From: Ranitomeya imitator
Lineage: Eukaryota
Reading direction: 5' to 3'
Length of the DNA stretch: 64,000 nt
NCBI RefSeq assembly: GCF_032444005.1
Contig: NC_091285.1
Span: 644,304,001 to 644,368,000 of the forward strand
Translations under genes and position numbers: made by a program
Notes under the pieces: generated by a model
What the model saw: the letters and a program-made list of their open reading frames with translations, nothing else
Told to the model about the DNA's origin: nothing
Database searches by the model: none
Shown here: in pieces, positions 61,289-64,000 of the stretch
Layout: each line of letters begins with the position of its first letter
How positions within the stretch are numbered: position 1 is the stretch's first letter

Positions 61289-61745
61289 TTACAGGACCTT
61301 GAAGACATCCTACAGACAAGTATACTGGATGGCGCCAAGTTAGGGATCAGCACTTCAACTACAACTCCCAGCATTCCTGGAGCTGTACAGGGTGCAAGAG
61401 CCGCCAATGCATGTTGGGAGATGTAGTTTTATAGCAGCTGGAACGAGGAGGTCTGCAGATCCCTGTACGAGGTCTGCAACCATTTCTTATACACCAAGAG
61501 TTCGACCACATGTTACATGGTGAAGAATGAAGCCGGGCTACTGAGAAGAGCTTTGGATTCTTCGGTAGTAAAGCCGCCAGGATGCAAGATTACGAGCGTT
61601 AAAAATCACACAATCACCCGGCATCTACTCTACAACCATATCGGGGAAGGTTTCCGTCCCAGGAGCCCTCTTGATCTACAAGAAGGGGTTGTCGTACGAC
61701 CATGGATTTTTGTTCCAGTGGACCAGCACCTTCACAATGTTAGTG

Positions 61746-62417
61746 TCACCAATAGGTGACTTGCGCATAGCCGCGGTGATCGGCCTCTTTGTTCAGAACA
61801 TAATTCTTGCCTTCATTATTATCCCAGTGTTCTGCGCCCCGACACCAAAAGCAAATACAGAATTCAGCCCGCCGGGTGTCGGGAGGCAGCGGGAGCCTGA
61901 ACGAGAAAGTGTCCGTCTCCTCTCCTCCACAGGGATCCCGCAGATAAGAGCACGGAAGGTCGTACTGACTTTTCCAGTTATCGTAGCTGACCCGAAGAGT
62001 TACCCGCTTCTCAAAGCCAATATTGCGCACCCGCACCGTACCGGCCACTACCGCTCCCTGGACGGCGCATTGCTCCAGACAAACCTGCTGCCGGGAGAGC
62101 CTAGCGCGGAAACGGCTATAGTCTTGGGTTGGAGGATGAAAGTCCAGAGTGTAGGTAGAGCTGGAGAGTGGGCGCAGGGCTCGCAACGATGCCAAGGCGA
62201 TCACCAGCGGATCTTCATCGAAGAACGGATGGGAGAAGTGACGGACGGTGGCGAGGGCCAGCCCAAGAGCGTCGGCAAAAACTACGCCTTTCTTACGCGG
62301 ATCCGGGAGGCGAGGGGTTGGAACCAAACATGGCCGCAGCGACCTAGCTGAAGGTAGTCGCAGGTGGCGTGGAGAAGGGGGGCTGAGACACAGGCACATG
62401 GAGAAGTCGCCAGGCAT
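61746..62417 (-). CDS. ppp1r3c: PPP1R3C-like glycogen-targeting subunit of protein phosphatase 1 (223 aa, single coding exon)
   Basis: N-terminus MPGDFSMCLCL resembles PPP1R3C MPVDVAMRLCL; SLRPCL; RVxF-type KKGVVFADALGLAL; CBM21 motifs GTVRVRNIGFEKRV and WDNNEGKNY; acceptor cctacag|G immediately before the ATG. Which paralogue this is remains uncertain. Confidence 0.88.
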   Translation of the reverse strand: MPGDFSMCLCLSPPSPRHLRLPSARSLRPCLVPTPRLPDPRKKGVVFADALGLALATVRHFSHPFFDEDPLVIALASLRALRPLSSSTYTLDFHPPTQDYSRFRARLSRQQVCLEQCAVQGAVVAGTVRVRNIGFEKRVTLRVSYDNWKSQYDLPCSYLRDPCGGEETDTFSFRLPLPPDTRRAEFCICFWCRGAEHWDNNEGKNYVLNKEADHRGYAQVTYW

Positions 62418-62658
62418 CCTGTAGGTAGGTGTGAAGACCTAGGACAAGAGAGGAAGAGACACGTTAAAGCCTGATGTAAAACGGGGACTTCAATTATCAC
62501 CTCTGGGCTGGAGCGCTCTTAAAAAAATCTCATGCACTGACCAATCCCCACAGCTTCCATCCTACGCATGTGTTCACACTTAGGTTTCCAGAGCAGAAAC
62601 ACTGACCTTCTTAAATTAAAAACAGGGGTTTTATGGAGTTTATGCAGCCCCCACCCCC

Positions 62659-62694
<36 letters not shown>

Positions 62695-62955
62695 GAGTGA
62701 ACATCAAGGGAGGGGGTTAACACTCTAGCCACTGATATCCAGAAAAGGTTTTTTTTTCCTTTGGAGGGATGGGGGGGGGGGGGGGGAGAGAATCACCTCC
62801 AGATAGGGTTGGGGGATTTTGGGGCTCTGATCAGATATGGCTGGGGGTGGGGGGCATCGTGGAATAAATGGCACTATAAAGAATAGTGCGTAGCACATGC
62901 AAGTCTTCCTTTACCTTGCAAGCTGCAGTATGAAAACCCTTTAGACTAATAGTAA

Positions 62956-63060
62956 TTTAGATTGTGAGCCCCAACGGGGACAGCGATGACAATGTGTGCA
63001 AACTGTAAAGCGCTGCGGAATATGTTAGCGCTATATACAAATAAAGATTATTATTATCTC
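62956..63060 (+). mobile_element. L2-type 3' end in the intron of the PPP1R3C-like gene
   Basis: tagattgtgagccccaacgggg...gtaaagcgctgcggaatatgttagcgctatat...aataaag(att)n. Confidence 0.7.
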
Positions 63061-63252
63061 TTACCCCCATGTAAGGTCTTGGAAGAAGTGCAGTTTTACA
63101 TTTGGATTCTGGGCCCAGGGTGGGCACAGAAGGGGGTGGGCACCCTGCCACAGACCTCTACAGACTATTGCACTGCTAGATTAACCCCTAAGTAACTACA
63201 ATAGTGCAGAAACCTTAGCACAGGAGGCGGACCCCACGGGACAGACACTCAC

Positions 63253-63660
63253 CTACTGATAGAGAACACTGGAATGCCTTTGTTATCAGCTCTCAGGGGC
63301 TGCACAGATCAGACCCCGGGAATTCCGCTTGCTGTGGCCGGTGGAGCAGGGGGGAGGGACAGATGGTTCTGGGGAATATTCAGCGTCCGCCACGGAAAAC
63401 TCGCGCAGCCGTCCCCACTTTCCTCTTCTCCCACCGGCGACCTGCGCCAAGTAAGCTGCAGCCGAGCTGAATGCCGGCTAAAGCCTCTCTGTTGTAACAT
63501 GTGATCTACAGACTTCTAACCAATCACAACGGACTCGTTTATCCCGTAACCAATGAAAACTCGGACAGGCGTGAATAAGGGGCGGAGTCATGGTCAGTGA
63601 CCTGTCTGTGAGCCCAGAGCTAGCACGCTGCGGTCATGCGTCATCAGGAGATCAGCACGT
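63253..63660 (-). promoter_or_regulatory. Candidate non-coding exon 1 (~63480 to 63253) and promoter of the PPP1R3C-like gene
   Basis: Donor TAG|GTGAGT at 63253, with an in-frame upstream stop and no ATG, so the exon is non-coding; CCAAT boxes near 63520 and 63550, GC box GGGGCGGAG near 63580, E-box CACGTG at 63656. Confidence 0.55.
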
Positions 63661-63747
63661 GTCCGACTGATGTGATCTCTGCTGCCGGGCGGTAATCTCA
63701 GCAACAGGGGAGCGGACTGCAAGTCCCAGCATGTGCCTACCAGCAGC

Positions 63748-64000
63748 ACTAGAGTGCCCCCTTATAGAGTGCACTATACACAGCACTAGAGTGCCCCCTT
63801 ATAAAGTGCACTATACACAGCACTAGAGTGCCCCCTTATAAAGTGCACTATACACAGCACTAGAGTGCCCCCTTATAGAGTGCACTATACACAGCACTAG
63901 AGTGCCCCCTTATAAAGTGCACTATACACAGCACTAGAGTGCCCCCTTATAGAGTGCACTCTACACAGCACTAGAGTGCCCCATATAGAGTACACTATAC
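63748..64000. repeat. 37-bp minisatellite (runs off the window end)
   Basis: Unit cactagagtgcccccttatagagtgcactatacacag, ~7 copies visible. Confidence 0.95.

Noticed and set aside
61671-62351. 226-aa plus-strand ORF
   Set aside because: Antisense shadow of the GC-rich PPP1R3C-like CDS.
63253-63330. Upstream coding exon for the PPP1R3C-like gene (MSCTR-type)
   Set aside because: The phase would fit, but the frame has an in-frame TGA and no ATG before the donor, so it was treated as 5' UTR.
1-64000. Prokaryotic-type systems (CRISPR, operons), tRNA/rRNA genes
   Set aside because: The DNA is spliceosomal vertebrate sequence; no repeat-spacer array, cloverleaf or rRNA-like sequence was recognised.

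Overview
Eukaryotic, repeat-rich vertebrate DNA. The transposon and satellite repertoire looks anuran (frog), which is an inference. Two protein-coding genes are well supported, both on the minus strand. (1) A complete gpat4 (AGPAT6; glycerol-3-phosphate acyltransferase 4) has 12 coding exons between 31127 and 13094, all with GT-AG junctions, totalling 1362 nt (453 aa + stop), with a CpG-rich promoter near 37.2-37.55 kb. (2) A compact PPP1R3C-like glycogen-targeting PP1 subunit has a single coding exon at 62417-61746 (223 aa; RVxF + CBM21) and a promoter near 63.5 kb. An unexplained K/R-rich 232-codon ORF followed by AATAAA and an A20 run sits at 924-1622. The remainder is mobile or repetitive DNA: four Tc1/mariner families, hAT derivatives with 8-bp TSDs, many PIF/Harbinger MITEs (TWA TSD), TTAA-flanked T2/Kolobok-like and piggyBac-like MITEs, a Penelope (RT + GIY-YIG) fragment, L2/CR1/L1 and DIRS remnants, a solo LTR, and five tandem arrays (57, 38, 86, 28/32 and 37 bp units). 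The most unusual structures are a 5'-truncated Penelope element sandwiched between two 1215-bp direct copies of host DNA (a 'giant TSD'), and three Penelope-type minimal hammerhead-ribozyme motifs. One of these, in a gpat4 intron, keeps a complete fold with a U3-A8 covariant core. All calls were made by eye from the sequence; no searches were run.
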